Position numbers and translations under genes: made by a program. A stretch of DNA of 20,000 bases from Tricharina praecox (Eukaryota), in assembly GCF_024521635.1 (NCBI RefSeq), contig NW_026250457.1, forward strand, positions 59,097 through 79,096, given 5' to 3'. The notes beneath the pieces are model-generated. The model saw only the letters and a program-made list of their open reading frames with translations. It was not told the origin of the DNA and ran no database searches. Shown here piece after piece: positions 18,301-20,000 of the stretch. Numbering within the stretch: position 1 is the first letter of the stretch; each line of letters opens with the position of its first letter.

Positions 18301-19572
18301 TGAGGGTAACGAGATCATGATCACGGCTCCCGACAAACCATATGCCACCGACAACGGGATTGCTTTACGCCTGGGATAGTGTTGTCTGCTGTTACGAGAT
18401 GTGGTATGATAAGATCAGATGGGATAAGATATCAGAATAGGAGCAGGCGCAGATGACTTCTGGAGACGCACAACGCTAGCGGCATTCGGGTTAGGCTTGG
18501 TGGAGCAGAGGAGTGCGGGGCGCGGAGGCAGAGGCGGCTTGGCGTCATCGGTGATCGCCCAAGAGGAGACCTGATTGAAACCTGGTGGGACCTGATGCAG
18601 TCGCTCAACGTTGAATTTTTTCTACTTTTCTACATTCTCTCGTCCTGTCGCCGGTCGGTCCTCATCCTCATCTTCTTCTTTATCTTCATTATCACCATCA
18701 TCATCGACCGAAAGCTTTAGTCTAATTGATCACGTTTTTGTTCCTCACCCGTTTCTGGGTCCCTCAGCAGCCCACGAGGTGGCGCTCTGAGCGGTAGTCA
18801 GAATAGCAACCTTCTCATCGTACTCCTCACATTTACTGCTTGCCCGGCTACGAGATACGACAAACGCCTCCTTCCAGGCGGTTCTCCGTGCCAGCTTCTT
18901 CGATTTGTCAGCCGTACAATCTTCCGCGCCGGACCCGGCCGGGGTTGCAGAATTGCCGCTACCCACGTAATCCCCCCACATGGCCCGTAGCGGCACCACC
19001 ACACGGCGCGCTGCAATTGAGATACACGATAGGGCTAGTGCGAGATGGCTTCATTCGCTATTAACGCGGCCGAATTCAATTCTAGCCACGATTTCGCGAG
19101 GGATCATTCGTCAATGCCTCTCCAGGAAGACACGCGTGAGGAGAAATGGCGAAGACACAGAAAATAGCGAAGGCGGAGTGTCACCGTCGACTGGATATAT
19201 GCTGATCAAGAAAGAAGAAGAGAGCCTGCGGGTCCTAGTTTAACTTCACCTGCCTCCCAACTTGGCCGACCCCACCATCTTGCAGACTACAGTAACCACA
19301 TTCGTTCCCTCTCGCTGACAGCTCCTCCATCCCGCCGGCACAACGGAAATAGAGGTCAACTATCCATGTAGCAAATTTCGCAATGCGGGAAACTTTTACT
19401 TACGGCCGGTAGCTGAGGGTGATGAGGTGGGGGAGTCTGGGTTGCAAAGAAGTTACCGATCGTTCCGTCTGCATATTTATACCGTCTCTTCTCCACAGTA
19501 GATATCGACACTAAATAATCCTTTCAGCACATCACAGCACCGTTCGTCGCGATCTAAAATCCCACCAGCTCG

Positions 19573-19580
19573 TATAATAA
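19573..19580 (+). promoter_or_regulatory. TATA-like element of the hydrolase gene
   Basis: TATAATAA lies 45 bp upstream of an ATG in AAACAATG context. Confidence 0.4.
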
Positions 19581-19617
19581 TACCTTTCACCGCAATCCAA
19601 CTTCCGCATCTAAAACA

Positions 19618-20000
19618 ATGTCGATTCTCAGCAGCACCTTCGCTTGCCAGACCCATACCTACCAAAGCGCGCCCACAACGGCCCTCGACGTTTACAAACC
19701 TGCCAACCACTGTCCTGCCTCGCGCCACAAGACTCTCATCCTATTCCACGGTGGCGGGCTCACCACCGGGAGTCGCGACGTGTTCATCCCCGTCGGTATC
19801 GCCACCCAGCTGCTGAACCGGGGCTGGATTGTCATCTCAGCGGACTATTCGCTTCTCCCGCAGGCGAGCGGACTATCGTTGCTCCGCAACCTCGCCAACA
19901 TCGAGACGTGGATCACCGAGAACGCGGCGAAGGAGGGAATCGACACGACCAACGTTGCCGTCGGCGGCGAGAGCGCGGGAGGGTACATGAGTATCCTTGC
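19618..20000 (+). CDS. Alpha/beta hydrolase, HSL/Abhydrolase_3 esterase family (5' part; runs off the window)
   Basis: Open frame MSILSSTF...LDVYKP...LILFHGGGLTTGSR...RGWIVISADYSLLPQ...IDTTNVAVGGESAGGYMSIL contains the HGGG oxyanion motif and the GxSAGG nucleophile elbow. Missing from the ORF track because no stop falls in the window. Confidence 0.93.
   Translation, partial: MSILSSTFACQTHTYQSAPTTALDVYKPANHCPASRHKTLILFHGGGLTTGSRDVFIPVGIATQLLNRGWIVISADYSLLPQASGLSLLRNLANIETWITENAAKEGIDTTNVAVGGESAGGYMSIL

Overview
Eukaryotic, most likely filamentous-ascomycete, repeat-rich genomic DNA. Bases 1-7100 hold three nested Ty3/Gypsy insertions. A decayed + strand chromovirus (element A: gag, internally deleted pol, RT-RNaseH-IN-chromodomain, PPT, 3' LTR 4330-5145) sits inside the gag of a - strand element B (gag 6444->5146, 5' LTR from 6494). 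A B-related solo LTR (3552-4241, TSD CAGTG) in turn sits inside A's chromodomain. A ~917-bp TIR element follows (7165-8081). The most unusual feature is a duplicated unit (~9590-11515 and ~14290-15928): conserved promoter blocks, a TATA box, and a non-coding leader made of 4-5 tandem ~149-bp exon+intron modules. The exons carry covarying c-UACG-g (UNCG-type) tetraloop hairpins, one of which forms only across the spliced junction. The leader precedes an acidic orphan ORF with up to 5-6 tandem CRM1-type NES-consensus repeats. Also present are two blocks of a 25-bp minisatellite, a PIF/Harbinger transposase relic (- strand, ~16640-17100), a 23-bp tandem repeat, and the 5' part of an HSL-family alpha/beta hydrolase gene (19618->end). 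All calls come from manual reading; no searches or folding programs were run.
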